This document shows positions 13,625-26,759 of a stretch of DNA of 64,000 nt, piece after piece (within the stretch, counting starts at the first letter, position 1; the number at the start of each line of letters is the position of its first letter). The translations under genes and the position numbers were made by a program. Origin of the DNA: Octopus sinensis (Eukaryota); contig NC_043006.1 in NCBI RefSeq assembly GCF_006345805.1, positions 58,838,001-58,902,000 of the forward strand. The letters run 5' to 3'. The notes under the pieces were generated by a model. It saw nothing but the letters and a program-made list of their open reading frames with translations. It did no database searches and had not been told where the DNA came from.

Positions 13625-14000
13625 GGCGCCGGAGTGGCTGTGTGGTAAGTAGCTTGCTTACCAACCACATGGTTCCGGGTTCAATCCCACTGCGTGGCAT
13701 CTTGGGCAAGTGTCTTCCGCTATAGCCTCGGGCCGACCAATGCCTTGTGAGTGGATTTGGTAGACGGAAACTGAAAGAAGCCTGTCGTATATATATATGT
13801 ATGTGTGTCTGTGTTTGTCCCCCTAGCATTGCTTGACAACCGATGCTGGTGTGTTTACGTCCCCGTCACTTATCGGGCAAAAGAGGCCGATAGAATAAGT
13901 ACTAGGCTTACAAAGAATAAGTCCCGGGGTCGATTTGCTCGACTAAAGGCGGTGCTCCAGCATGGCCGCAGTCAAATGACTGAAACAAGTAAAATAAATA
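13625..14000 (+). mobile_element. Full-length SINE family A
   Basis: GGCGCCGGAGTGGCTGTGTGGT (A box) ... GGGTTCAATCCC (B box), central microsatellite, tail GGCGGTGCTCCAGCATGGCCGCAGTCAAATGACTGAAACAAGT. Confidence 0.9.
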
Positions 14001-14528
14001 AAAGAAAGAAAAGAGGGAAAAAATCACCAACAATCCACATGTAGTTACATTTTGGAATGACCGGAAAGGAATGGAAAGAGAAATAGTTCTTTCTAAGACA
14101 GGAGAGTGTAAGAGAAAGAGGTATATCTGTGTATGTGTGGGTATGCTCGCGCGTGTGTGATAGCATGTATGTATGTATGTGTGTGTGGCGGTAACTGAGT
14201 GCGTGTGTGTTATGCAGGTTGTGTTAACGGTATATGTATATGTCCATACACACACACATATGTATATAATAGTGACATAGGCATAGAAACATATATTTAC
14301 ATTCATATGTACATACAAACGTATGTAATTAGATAATATATACACACATATACTCATAGAAGTACGTTAATGTATGCATGCATACACTCTCGTATGTATA
14401 TGAATGGAAGTATGTATGTGTGTGGTGTATATATATATACATACACATACCACACCCATACATACTTCCATACATATACATATACACACACGCACGCGCG
14501 CACACACACGTACACACAAACACACACC

Positions 14529-14736
14529 TGGCGAGTTGGCAGAATCGTTATCATGTTCGAATAAATACTCAACAGCATTTCTTCAGGTTTTACGTTCCGA
14601 GTTAAAATGCTTCCTAGGTTAACTTTTCATCCTTTCGGGGTCGATAAAGTAATTACTAATGGAGCGAGCACTATTCAATGTAATCGACTTATTCCTTTCC
14701 CTAAAATTGCTAGCCTTATGTCAAAATTTCAAACCA
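14529..14736 (+). mobile_element. tRNA-derived SINE, family B
   Basis: GGCGAGTTGGCAGAATCGTTA head, B-box-like GAGTTAAAATGC, conserved TTTCATCCTTTCGGGGTCGATAAA block. Confidence 0.75.
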
Positions 14737-15000
14737 TATATAACCTGGGTGCGGTCAAATATCATAGGGGTGATAATCCCTTCTAGATTAAGTTAAGTTG
14801 AGGCGAGTTTGAAATTTAAATCAAAGAGTAAAAGTGAAGGTGTATAGAATAATACAGACATTTAATCTCTTTTTTCTTTTACATTTTACACATTTAATGT
14901 TTCTTACGCGTTATAAAGGTCGTAAAAATTCTAGTCTCTCTCTCTTTCTAATCTCCCTCACCTGCCTCTCATTTTCTCCCCCTCCCCCTCTCTCTATATA

Positions 15001-15279
15001 TTTCTTTACTACCCACAAGAGGCTAAACATAGAGGGGGCAAACAAGGACAGACAAAGGGATTAAGTCGATTACATCGACTCCAGCACGAAACTGGTACTT
15101 TATTTATCGACCCCGAAAGGATGAAAGGCAAAGTCGACCTCGGTGGAATTTGAACTCTGGCGTGTACCAGACATCATCAAGCCTGTTATGCTTACATAAG
15201 ACAGGGAATGAAATATATATAACAAAATGCCGCTAAGCATTTCGCCCCACGCGCTAACGTTTCTGCCAGCTCACCGCCT
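15001..15279 (-). mobile_element. SINE family B copy interrupted by a ~60-bp inverted fragment of 15970-16031
   Basis: Minus strand GGCGGTGAGCTGGCAGAAACGTTAGC...GAGTTCAAATTCC...CCTTTCATCCTTTCGGGGTCGATAAA; foreign insert at ~15157-15220. Confidence 0.85.
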
Positions 15280-15291
15280 TTTATATATATA

Positions 15292-15922
15292 TAGAGATAA
15301 CGAAATTTAAATTTTCTAAAGGTTAGTTGCCCGTTTTCAGTTTCAATTTTCCTGTAACAAGCGGATTATAAGTGGATAAAACAGTGTATTTGGCTTTAGA
15401 ATAACCCTCTTTAGCCCTTAATTATATGATGTATATTGCAACCGTAACGGTTTTTTTTTAAATATACTGCCCACGCTTCCTGATGAATTCCTTTGCTGTA
15501 GAGTAAGGGACTTCATCCTATATTGCTTAGTAGTAAACTCGATGCTTGCTACAGGAGACTGGTAACCATTACAATTTGTAGCGGCGAAATGTCTGGACGT
15601 TGTTTTCTGAGGCTGACCAAAGAATTTTTATTTTAGATATAAGTGATGTACTCAAGTGTAGTTATGTTTTTAGCTTGTGCTTTTTCCATGATCATACGTG
15701 AGTATTTTATTTATATCCCATCGAAAGTTCTACTGAAGAAGGAATATATCTTTTTTTATAAGATTAAGTCCGAAATTGATTCAATATAGAGATAACGAAA
15801 TTTAAATTTTCTAAAGGTTAGTTGCCCGTTTTCAGTTTCAATTTTCCTGTAACAAGCGGATTATAAGTGGATAAAACAGTGTATTTGGCTTTAGAATAAC
15901 CCTCTTTAGCCCTTATTATATG

Positions 15923-15925
<3 letters not shown>
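15292..15925 (+). mobile_element. Retrozyme-like non-coding element: 495-nt unit plus ~135-nt terminal direct repeat
   Basis: 15292-15430 repeated at 15787-15925; HHR at the unit junction; (TA)n on both sides. Confidence 0.75.
15729..15790 (+). ncRNA. Canonical type I hammerhead ribozyme
   Basis: TCTA-CTGAAGA-aGGA...TCC-GAAA-TTGATTCAA-TA-TAGA; predicted cleavage after 15786. Confidence 0.8.
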
Positions 15926-15973
<48 letters not shown>

Positions 15974-18457
15974 TTTCATTCCCTGTCTTATGTAAGCATA
16001 ACAGGCTTGATGATGTCTGGTACACGCCAGAAAGTATGTACTGTTGATGTGAATATATCTCGAAAACCACCATCTTCTATACTCAGATTATATTATAAAT
16101 GCACATTTATAAAGATGATAATTAGTGCGCTTAGTTTTGTCAGTGAATGCCTAAGTGGCAAGCTGGGAAAGTTAAGAATTTCAGAAGAAAACAAAAGCAA
16201 ATCAATCAGCTAACTGGCACATCACAGATACAATATCAAAGTTGAACAGAAAAAAAAATTTCCCTAAGTTCAAAATGCGAATTTTTTTATCCACATTCCA
16301 GCGATAGAGTTTTCCGTCTTTGTTAGAAACCAGCTCCTTCCTTACACGTTTTCAAATTATAAAAAGTAGGAAATAACGTACATACATACATACATACATA
16401 CATTATATCTATATGCATAAATGTACGCACACAAATATATTATATGCACGCATATCTCTATTAATATATTAAAATGCATAAATGCAAACACATGTTATCA
16501 TAGATTTCTATTTTGCCTTTTTCTTTTATCATCAAATATTATCATCAATGGAAAAGAATATGCAGGAAGCCACTTTGTTTTAAGTTCTCAACAGCACGAC
16601 AAAAGATGTAAAGAAAATGGTACTGAAGTGGTTCTTTCAACAGAAGATTAAATTTTTGTTTTCCCTAGTCAAAAAGAAACAATGGATAAAAGAAAATAGT
16701 TAACGTTGATGTCAAATGATCAGTTTTAGTCCAGGATACACTTTTATTATTTTCTATTCACTTTTTTAAACTTATTTATTTATTACGTTATTGCTTGTTA
16801 AAAAAATAAACAGAAACGCTTTTCACCTAAAATATTTTCTTCGGATTTTATAAATAAGACTTTCAAAACAGCGTAAATGTATTTTTTCAGCTTGCTTTTT
16901 TATTTTCTTAAATAAAGAAAAAAACTTTCTGTGCAACTTTAAGTGAAAGAAATGATAAATCTTTAATGATATATTCCTGATAAGAATCATATAAAATAAT
17001 TGACTGGATGTTGTATTGGGTTTTCCGTTCATAGTAGTTCGGTAAATTTTCTGTACAGAATATCATACTCCTCTCTCAGATTACCTTGGTTGTCAGGAAT
17101 TTATCATCCGCTTTAACACCAACATCTGATTCTTGGCTTTTCTTTTTTGTCACTGAACTCATTCCATTGAAAAGAAGTATTCGGAGCAATTATACGATAT
17201 TTTAACTTGTCACTTCCTACTGTAGTAACCCCTTCGCCGAGGTTTCTTCCTCACTTTCCCAATCAGTTTCGGGAAACTCTTAAAAAGTCATAGACGCAGT
17301 TCTTCTGAGTAAGCCATAAAAAAGATAACTAATCATTTCAGACCAATAACAGACCAGTGCTCAATTGTCTTCTCGGCTTTTGGTGTGATTAGATCTAGAC
17401 TTTGTCGTTATTACATGCTGTATGTCATAGCTTGTATACAACTGCTAATTGAAAAAAGGTCCCTCTCGCAAAGACCATCCACCAACCAGTTTGACGCTGG
17501 ATATTGAACTTAGCCTCGAAGGATTACGTCCGTGTGCTCAGTGTAATTACTTCTGTCACTATTAACAGTATATAATTAAGAAATCAAAATGAAAGCATTT
17601 CCGCTTTTTCTTTATATTTATTTTGCAGATTCAGTAGTCAGTCTCAGACCTCTAAAATATTAGTCTGTCTGACTATTAACTGAAAAATTTATGGCTTGAA
17701 TTCCATTAACGGAATTGTGAAATATCTGTGGCAAAAATACTTAAAAGATTACCTAACTTTAACTGATATCGTCTGATGAGCAAGGTCTACTGTATAATAA
17801 ACGAGTGTTTCCTTTATTTTGTAACATTGTAACTGTATACTTCTCCATCTAGGCAGACACGTATCTCCTTTTCTCGTACTCACCCTTACTGTGTCTCTGT
17901 GTTTCACCTACCAAACTCGATTCACAAGGATCACCCCCTCTCCAGAATTGCAGCCTCCAGGAATTGCACTCACCTATTCATGCAAATCCTGCAGAAGCTG
18001 ACTAATAAATATTCAAACGAAAAATAACTGCATCACTTGTGGGAAGGAGACTATCATAATGATAACGATCTCTCATCTTTTGAATATTTCATAAACAATT
18101 CATCTAAGAATCGATTGTAATTCTTTACATCAGATTATGCTTTTGAAATAGAGTACTTCAAAATATAATCACACAAATAGGACTAAAAATATTACTTTGA
18201 TCATGGCTAGAATTGCTGAACGATCCTTGTTACATCTATGTTTTGGCTGATTGGTTCTTCGGTTGCTTTCAAACCTCTTTTAACTCTCATACTGTATGGT
18301 TCACTGTATGTTTATAGAACCAGCAGTGTTCGATACAAAGAAACATTCATTGCTAATCTAGAAATAAAACTATCTATGTTTCTATCTCTATCTGTCTGTC
18401 TCTCTTTCTCTCGCTCTCTCTCTCCATATATATATATATATACTCTATTTTCTCTTT

Positions 18458-18850
18458 GCTCTTTTTACTCTTTTACTTATTTCAGTCATTTGACTGTGGC
18501 CATGCTGGAGCACCGCCTATTAGTCGAGCAAATCGACTCCAGGACTTATTCTTTGTAAGCCTAGTACTTATTCTATCGGTCTCTTTTGCCGAACTGCTAG
18601 CTGACGGGGACGTTAAACACACCAGCATCGGTTGTCAAGCGATATTGGGTGAGGGAGGGACAAACACGGACACACAAACATATATACACACATACATACA
18701 TATATATACATATATACGACGGGCTTCTTTCAGTTTTCGTCTACCAAATCCACTTACATGGCTTTGGTCGACCCGAGGGTATAGTCGAAGACACTCGCCC
18801 AAAGTGCCACGCAGTGGGATTGAACCCGGAACCATGTGGTAAGTAGCAAG
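18458..18850 (-). mobile_element. SINE family A copy
   Basis: Reverse complement match to 13625-14000. Confidence 0.85.
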
Positions 18851-19445
18851 CAACTTACCACTTAAAGAGATATTAGCATCCAAGTTCCCTTGGTTTTATC
18901 TAGTGTATCGGTGAAGTACTAAAAAGATGTTAAGCTTCTCATCGATGCAAATGGGTATATTATCAGTTACGTATGAGAAAAGAACATGGGAGAAATTTTC
19001 AATTAACTATATTCAAAATGCATCTTTAATTTAATTATTTATTTGCGAACTGAAATTAATTGAACATGTAAACAATTGTAGGTTATAAGAAATTGATGTT
19101 ATTCGAAATTGGAGTTAATGAATTGATGTGTATCTGTCGATTTTCCATTTTCTTATATATATACACACACACATAAATATGTGAAGTATTATTACTGTTA
19201 AATACAGTAATCATGAGGTGGCTAGCAAGACTTCTACATAAACAGGTATAATATACAATATTTCAAGAAAAGAAGGGTAAAGATACCGCTTTCTAAAATT
19301 CAAAGCGGAAGCTTCAAAAACCACCAATTCTACGATAAATACACACCCGAGCAATGTAATAAATATTAGCAGCCTTCATATTCCATCCTGGGTAAGCCTA
19401 TTTTGAAACATATATATATATCCATATAAATATATATATATCTAT

Positions 19446-19479
<34 letters not shown>

Positions 19480-19519
19480 GTATATATAATATATATATAT
19501 ATGATATATATATATATAT

Positions 19520-19630
<111 letters not shown>

Positions 19631-20460
19631 TATGATATATATATATGCAAGTAGACGAAACAGGGACAACTGAAGAAGGGGAATATTCCTTGTGTGTTGT
19701 ATGTCTTGTACACTGTTTTTTCGTTCTTTGAAAAAAGGTCGTTTCCATGTTCTTGTTTTTATGTTTTCGTTTCTCATTGTGTTCAACGCTTTTTTTTTGT
19801 CCTGTACCCATATATACATGTATATATACATATAGATGTAGGTATGTACATATATGTATGTATATATTCATATATTTATATATTATTTATGTTATATGAT
19901 CGAACGCCACGCATCTATTTCCAAGTAAGTTTTATCTGCATATATATATATATATATACATATATATGTATATATATATACATACATATATATGCATACA
20001 TATACATGCATACATATACATATATACATATATATATACATACATACATATACATATATATATCTATTCATATATATATATACATACATATACATACATA
20101 TATATTTATATATACATACAGACACACATATAAGTATATATATATATGTATATAAATTTTCATTCATACCACAAGACCTCCTTGAATGTACAGCGCATGG
20201 AATCTACGTCTCCATACTTTCCATTTGTGATGACAAAATTTGAACTCCCAATGGAATTTACATATAACGCAAAGGAAGCATTTCTACGACTTGAACACAC
20301 CACTTTCTTTGGATAACGGAACTGCAACTATAACATCTTTGTACATTTTTATTTTTATCTCTACATTCTATATTCCTATATACTCCTTATTTGTTTCCTT
20401 TTCCAAAATAACTCCTCATATAGGACTCCAATATTTCCTTCTATTTAACCATCTCACATC

Positions 20461-20499
20461 GTCTCCGATAAAGGGATAACCCAGAAACAACTGTAAGAC
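20461..20499 (+). ncRNA. Minimal type I hammerhead-like motif (CCGAUAA core)
   Basis: GTCT-CCGATAA-aGGG ataa CCCa-GAAA-CAACTG-TA-AGAC; stems I and II pair perfectly, but the core lacks the 3-8 pair. Confidence 0.55.
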
Positions 20500-20773
20500 T
20501 AACTTTCTCTTTATAAATGTCCTGAAAATTCCACACAGCCTTGCCTTTGTTGTCTCATTTTATTTAACACATACACATGCGGGCGCGCACACACACACAC
20601 ATATATATGCACACACACACACATATATGCACACACACACATATATGCACACACACACACATACACAAACACACATGTATATACATAAAAATATATATAC
20701 ATGTATATATATGTATGTATATATATATATACATATATATGTATACGTTCATCGGACAGTTTTGTTTAGAAAC

Positions 20774-20819
20774 AAAACTGTCCGACGAACTGGAATGTGA
20801 AACTCTGAGTAACAGTTTT
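20774..20819 (+). ncRNA. Minimal type I hammerhead (CCGACGA core) preceded by an inverted copy of its 5' half
   Basis: AAAACTGT-CCGACGA-actggaatgt-GAAA-CTCTGAG-TA-ACAGTTTT, 8-bp stem I; hairpin 20747-20790. Confidence 0.7.
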
Positions 20820-20847
20820 CGTGACATTTTTGCTGCTTTTTAATAAA

Positions 20848-20849
<2 letters not shown>

Positions 20850-20900
<51 letters not shown>

Positions 20901-21291
20901 ATATATATAGTATATATATTATATATATATATACAATATATATATACATATATATATACTATATATATATACAATATTATATATACTATATATATATACA
21001 TATTATATATATTATATACATATATATATATACATATACATATATATATAATATATACATATATATATATAGATATATATATAATACATATCTATACATA
21101 TATATATATAATACATAGATATATATATATATATACATATATATATAATACATATATATTATAGATATATACATATATATATATATACATATATATTAAA
21201 ATATACATATATATATATATACATATTATATATATATAGATATATATAATACATATATATATATATACACATATATATATAATATATACAT

Positions 21292-21323
<32 letters not shown>

Positions 21324-21391
21324 CATATATATATAGATATATATATATATATTATATACATATATAATATATACATATATTATATATATAC

Positions 21392-21422
<31 letters not shown>

Positions 21423-21544
21423 CATATCTATATATATATATAATATATATATAGATACATATATATATATATACATATATATATACTATATCTATTATCT
21501 ATATATATATATCTATATATATATATCATATATATTATATATAG

Positions 21545-21576
<32 letters not shown>

Positions 21577-21700
21577 TATATATATATATATATACTATAT
21601 ATATACATATATATATATATACACATATATATAATATATATATACAATATATATATATATATATACATATATATAATATATATATACATTATATATATTA
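20850..21700. repeat. Degenerate (TA)n array
   Basis: Direct reading. Confidence 0.95.
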
Positions 21701-21801
21701 TATGCACACATACATGGCATGCATACATATATAAATATCTATCTATCTATCTATCTATCTATATATCTATCCATCTATCTATCCATCCATCCATCCATCC
21801 A

Positions 21802-21873
<72 letters not shown>

Positions 21874-22250
21874 ATACATACTCACATATATACATGCGTG
21901 CATACATACATGCGTGCATACATACATGCATATATACTTCCATATAGAGAATTGTATAAATATCAAATAATAAATCAATGTTAATTGGGAGCTCAATTAA
22001 TAATAATTCGTTAAACTCCAAGACATTTTTACATCGTTGTAAATCCAAGTGGAACCGACTTGAATGCGTATATATGCCACTCACATCTCCTGACATTTCA
22101 TCGATTGTATTTCCTGGATTTCAGTTGCATAGATCTCTGGCTTATGCTCCTCCATGTTGGATTATTATGTGGTATGATAGCCGGGTACATTAAAATTTTT
22201 TTATGCAATTTGTATCCTGAGATGGTTGGTCTTATAATGTATGGCTACCC

Positions 22251-22672
22251 AGTCCTTGAATATCTACAAACGCAAGTCCTTGTACGTTTACAAAAGTATG
22301 GTCTAGCATATTTACAGACACAAGTCTTTGTATATCAACAGACAAATTTCATATGTCTACAGGTACGAATATTTGTATATCTACAAACAGGTTCTCGTAT
22401 ATCTACTGGTACGAATCCTTGTAATCTACATTTACGAGTCCTTGTATATCTACAGATACGAATACTTGTATATCTACAAAAACGAGTGCTAACATATCTA
22501 CAGATACGAATCCTTGCATAACTATAGACAAGGGTCGTTGCATATCTATAGACACAAGTTATTGTATAACTACAGACATAGGTCCTTGCATATCTACAGA
22601 CACTAGTCGTTGTATATTTTCAGGCACGAGTTCTTGCATACCTACAGACACAAATCCTTGTATATCTCCAGA
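22251..22672. repeat. 24-bp minisatellite, about 18 diverged units
   Basis: Consensus approx. AGTCCTTGTATATCTACAGATACG. Confidence 0.85.
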
Positions 22673-23455
22673 TGTGATCGGGTTTGTAGGCTTGACCTTC
22701 TGACCATGAATCTACAAGCTGTATGTACAGCTGAGCAATGAGTCTTTTGATGAATCCTATCAGTTTAACATGTAGGAAACTCTCCCCTATACACGCCATT
22801 TTTGCTGTTTTAAGGGAGAGTTCATCACCCTAGGACCAATAAACTTGGTATTAGTGTACTTCTTAGGCATTTCTGTCAAAAGCCAAAACGCCATCAAGGC
22901 ATCCGACATTCATCAATCCACCATTGGTACTTTTCTTTTAAGCCCAAAAGAATGAATAGAAGTAGAAGACCTCGGCGAGATTTGAACTCAGAGGATAGAG
23001 AATATAGCGAAGCATTCTATCTAACGCCTTAATAATCCTAGCATTAACTATCGACTATGCAGTTAGTATGACGAAACGATTGACTGTATCATATTCTTGT
23101 TGCCTTGCCCTACTTTGAGTATTAGTGTGGACATCATTGAGTCAGCAGCTATGTTTACTTGGTGTTATGCCAAAACATTACGCGGAAACGATCAAGTAGT
23201 GAAAACTGCGATTCTGCCACAATCATCTAGGACATATCTGGACAAACTGCAAAGACACTTGGCAGCTGATGAATTCAGAGCATAAATAGATCACAACTAA
23301 ATATTACACAGCAATTTGTTTGATACTCTACCGAATAATAACAGCAATAATAATTATTTCTTTCTATTTAGGACAAAAGTTCACTCACTCATTATAAAAC
23401 GTACTAAAAAAAGTGGAGCTACAACACACTTACACACTTACACACACACACACAC

Positions 23456-23498
<43 letters not shown>

Positions 23499-23699
23499 CA
23501 GGTGTTTGGGGAAAATATAAAATAAAATATTTAGACAGTGAAACCGTAATCATTCACCCAAGAAGAACTGAATAGATTTGAATGCTGGGTAAAATTTTTG
23601 TTTTACATCAAAAGAATTATACAAGCCTTTAGAATCTGGTGGGTCGAATTCTATCGATTTCTTATCAATAATGTGCTTAATAGGTAATAGATAGAATCC

Positions 23700-24190
23700 A
23701 ACGTACAGGTTGATCTGCTATCAATATACAGCTGGTCACTTGTAACCTGTATATTCACAGATGACATATTGCATAGTGGTAGGTAACTTAATGTATATCG
23801 GTTGGTGGTCTACAGTATATTGATAGGTGAACTGTATGTTGAGAGATGAACCATTGTATGTTGAGTGATGACCTATATATTGATATCAGACCTCACTGCG
23901 TGTTGAGATAATCTCCTGTTTACTCACAGATGATCCACTGTATATAGACAAAGACTTAAGTACATTGGTAAATCACCAATTGTATATTGACTTGTAACTT
24001 ACTGTATATCGAGGCAAATACTGTCAACTTTATATTGACAGTTGTCTTAGTGTATACTGTAGGATGAAGTACTATATATTGCCATCTGATCTGCTACACA
24101 GACAGGAAGATCTACATTGTATTGTCATTTGACTTTCTGCATATTTGACAGGTTACCCTATGTATATTGACAAGTGGACCTATTGTATAC
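23700..24190. repeat. Highly diverged ~22-23-bp minisatellite
   Basis: Recurring TGTATATTGA(C/T)AG(G/T)TGA.CT motif at roughly 23-bp spacing. Confidence 0.6.
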
Positions 24191-24929
24191 GAAAAGAAGT
24201 AATCTGAATTTTGAGTAAAATATTTCAAGTGTTAGTGCAAACACATGAAGTGTTTTCAATTGAAACAAATAACTTCATCCGTAGTTTTTGTTTAGCGGAC
24301 AAAAATAAATTGCATGAACTAGATTGACAAATCAGGAAGTTGCCAGGTCGATTCTATACAACTAGCAAAGAGAGATGTAATAGATTACTCTGTGAAACTG
24401 AGAATATATTTGATAAAATAGAACTAAAGAAGTCGTTAGAAAACGGGTAGAGAAGCTCATATTTGGAACCAGCGAAAAAAACCAAAAAAAAAAAAACAGC
24501 GATGAATAATAATTAAATGTAAGAAAAGATTATATGGAAAAGGAAGAATGAAAAATCGGATAGAAACAATGTTATATGGGAAATTTGTCAGGTGAATAGA
24601 ATTAAGAGAACAGCAGTTATGAGTCGTGAAAGGAAGACAAAAGACGAACAGAGAAATAGAAAATCTGTAATCTGATCATGGCTGTGTCAGAACAAGTGAT
24701 TAACCCAAACAACAAGGGAGTTGGGAGTAAGTGTGAGAACCGTTGCCAAATAGATTAAAATGTCATTTGTATAATGTATGAATGTAGAAAGATGTCAGAA
24801 TAATGATATAATAGAACATACAGTACGGTTGGGGAAACTAGACTGGCTGGTTAGTAATAAGGTAAGATTTACATTAAGATTTTTGAAAAGGTGTTATTAA
24901 CACTACCTAGATACTTTGGTAGAGAATGA

Positions 24930-25090
24930 GTGTTCTTAGATTCGAGGGAGTGGTAAATAAATTACATAGATCCCCAGAGGATGAAAAGCAATGTCGACCT
25001 CAGCGAAATTTGAACTCAAAACGGAGCGACGGACGAAATGCCGCTGAGCATTTTGCCTGGCGTGCTCACGATTCTGCCAGCTCACCGCCT
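24930..25090 (-). mobile_element. SINE family B copy (partial copy also at ~22925-22992)
   Basis: GGATGAAAAGCAATGTCGACCTCAGCGAAATTTGAACTC...TTCTGCCAGCTCACCGCC. Confidence 0.75.
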
Positions 25091-25344
25091 TATGTATTGC
25101 TGTGTCAACGATGTTAATGTAGCATGACCTGGGCAAGACATTAAACTCCACCAGATGTTGAGGCTACATCATGGGGGTTCAGGAGTTTTGGAGGAGAATA
25201 ATATTACCACTTAGTCACCTTTACTCCCAAATTTGATTTGGCTCCGTAGAGTAGTACCTGTGAAGAGACTTAGTTATGGGTAAAATAACTAAATAACTTC
25301 CTCTGGATAAGGTATACAGGAACCTGGAGATTATCTTTGAGAAG

Positions 25345-25490
25345 TTACGGGGAAGCAGCGCTAAGCAGTGATGTGTATAAATACAAGGTTGTTATCAGTT
25401 CAAATATGTTTGAATATCCCCCAAGCATATTTCAACGGGTAATAGCCTAGTATTTATACACACCACTGCTTAGCGCTGCCATCCCATAAT
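25345..25490. repeat. Imperfect palindrome, ~65-bp arms
   Basis: GCAGCGCTAAGCAGTGATGTGTATAAATAC... mirrored by ...GTATTTATACACACCACTGCTTAGCGCTGC. Confidence 0.8.
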
Positions 25491-26252
25491 TTGTTTACAG
25501 TGAGCCGCCGATTATAACATTCATTATACGATGGTGGTGAATATCATAAGCGAGACAATCTCTCTTATCAGCTCACAGCGCAACCTGTCCAGTTTTTGAG
25601 ACTTAAAAGGGGATAACCACTCTGAAATGCTTGCATCATACGGTCTGAGTAGGTGATGTTGCGAGCTGATTTTAGATGTATTTGCGCCATTTGTCTTCAG
25701 TGAGAATTTTTCTCCATGACAAAACACAGTGAATAACTTTCTTATGGGTTCGAATATGCCCCGAGCATATTTCAACTGGTAATAACCATGTATCTTTGTG
25801 AAGAACTGACCTCTAGACATACACTACAAAAGCTGAATGATATGTGGGGAGAGAGAGGGAGAGGGAGAGGGAGAGGGAGAGGGAGAAAGACAGAGAGAGA
25901 AAAAGAGAGAAGGGAGGGGAGACAAGGATAGAGAGAAAGGGAGAGGGAGAAAAAGAGAGAGAGAGAGAGGTGACGGGGAAGGAAGAGGGAGAAAGAGAGA
26001 AAAAAGAGAAGGAGAGAGAGAGGGTTACTACAACAAGTGGCGATAGATTTGAAGTAATCCTGGAACCTATGAATATATGTCGTTCTTAGGAACAACACTA
26101 AAACTGTCTGCTGAAAAGACAAAGAGAAATTGAAATGGAGATATTGTCAACTGAAATGAGCAGGGTGTAACAAAAAATAACCCTCTCAGATTCAGTATTT
26201 TTGGTAAGCGTTTTGACTGTAAATGCATGATGTGCCCCAGCTCGAATTATGA

Positions 26253-26410
26253 TTCTTTTTCTTGTTTCAGTCATTTGACTGCGGCCATGCTGGAGCCCCG
26301 CCTTACAGGTTTTTTTTTAGTCGAAGAAATCGACTTCAAGGCTTATTCTTTGTAAGTTACAGAGACGAAAAACGGTTGTCAGATGATGGTGGGGAGGACA
26401 AACTCAGATA
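26253..26410 (-). mobile_element. SINE family A 3' part
   Basis: CTTGTTTCAGTCATTTGACTGCGGCCATGCTGGAGC tail. Confidence 0.75.
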
Positions 26411-26759
26411 CACACACTATATATATATATAATATATATATATATATATACCACACACATATACATATATATATATGTATATGTATATATATGTATATAT
26501 AAATATATATATATTTATATGTATGTATATAAAATAATATATTATTTATATGTATGTATGTTATATATGTATATATAAATATATATATATTTATATGTAT
26601 ATATATATTATATATATAATATATTATATATATATATATATACACATACATACATACAATACATACATACATATAATTATATTTAAAAGAGAAAACAAAC
26701 TTTCTCCAATGTATTGACGGCATTTAAAAGTGCTCAGGATATTCGAACTTGAAGCGTTC

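Noticed and set aside
13625-13700. tRNA gene
   Set aside because: A and B boxes run straight into a SINE body repeated many times; it is a SINE head
15480-15600. Second hammerhead in the 495-nt unit (CTGATGA ... CGAAATGTC)
   Set aside because: Could not assign convincing stem I or a closing stem II pair
17605-17700. Acceptor-like TTTATTTTGCAG
   Set aside because: All three downstream frames stop within about 20 codons and no donor was paired
17773-17800. Isolated CTGATGA (similar isolated cores at 23266, 34484, 45161)
   Set aside because: No correctly placed GAAA, stems or NUH site
22251-22672. CRISPR-like array
   Set aside because: Contiguous diverged units without unique spacers, no cas genes, eukaryotic context
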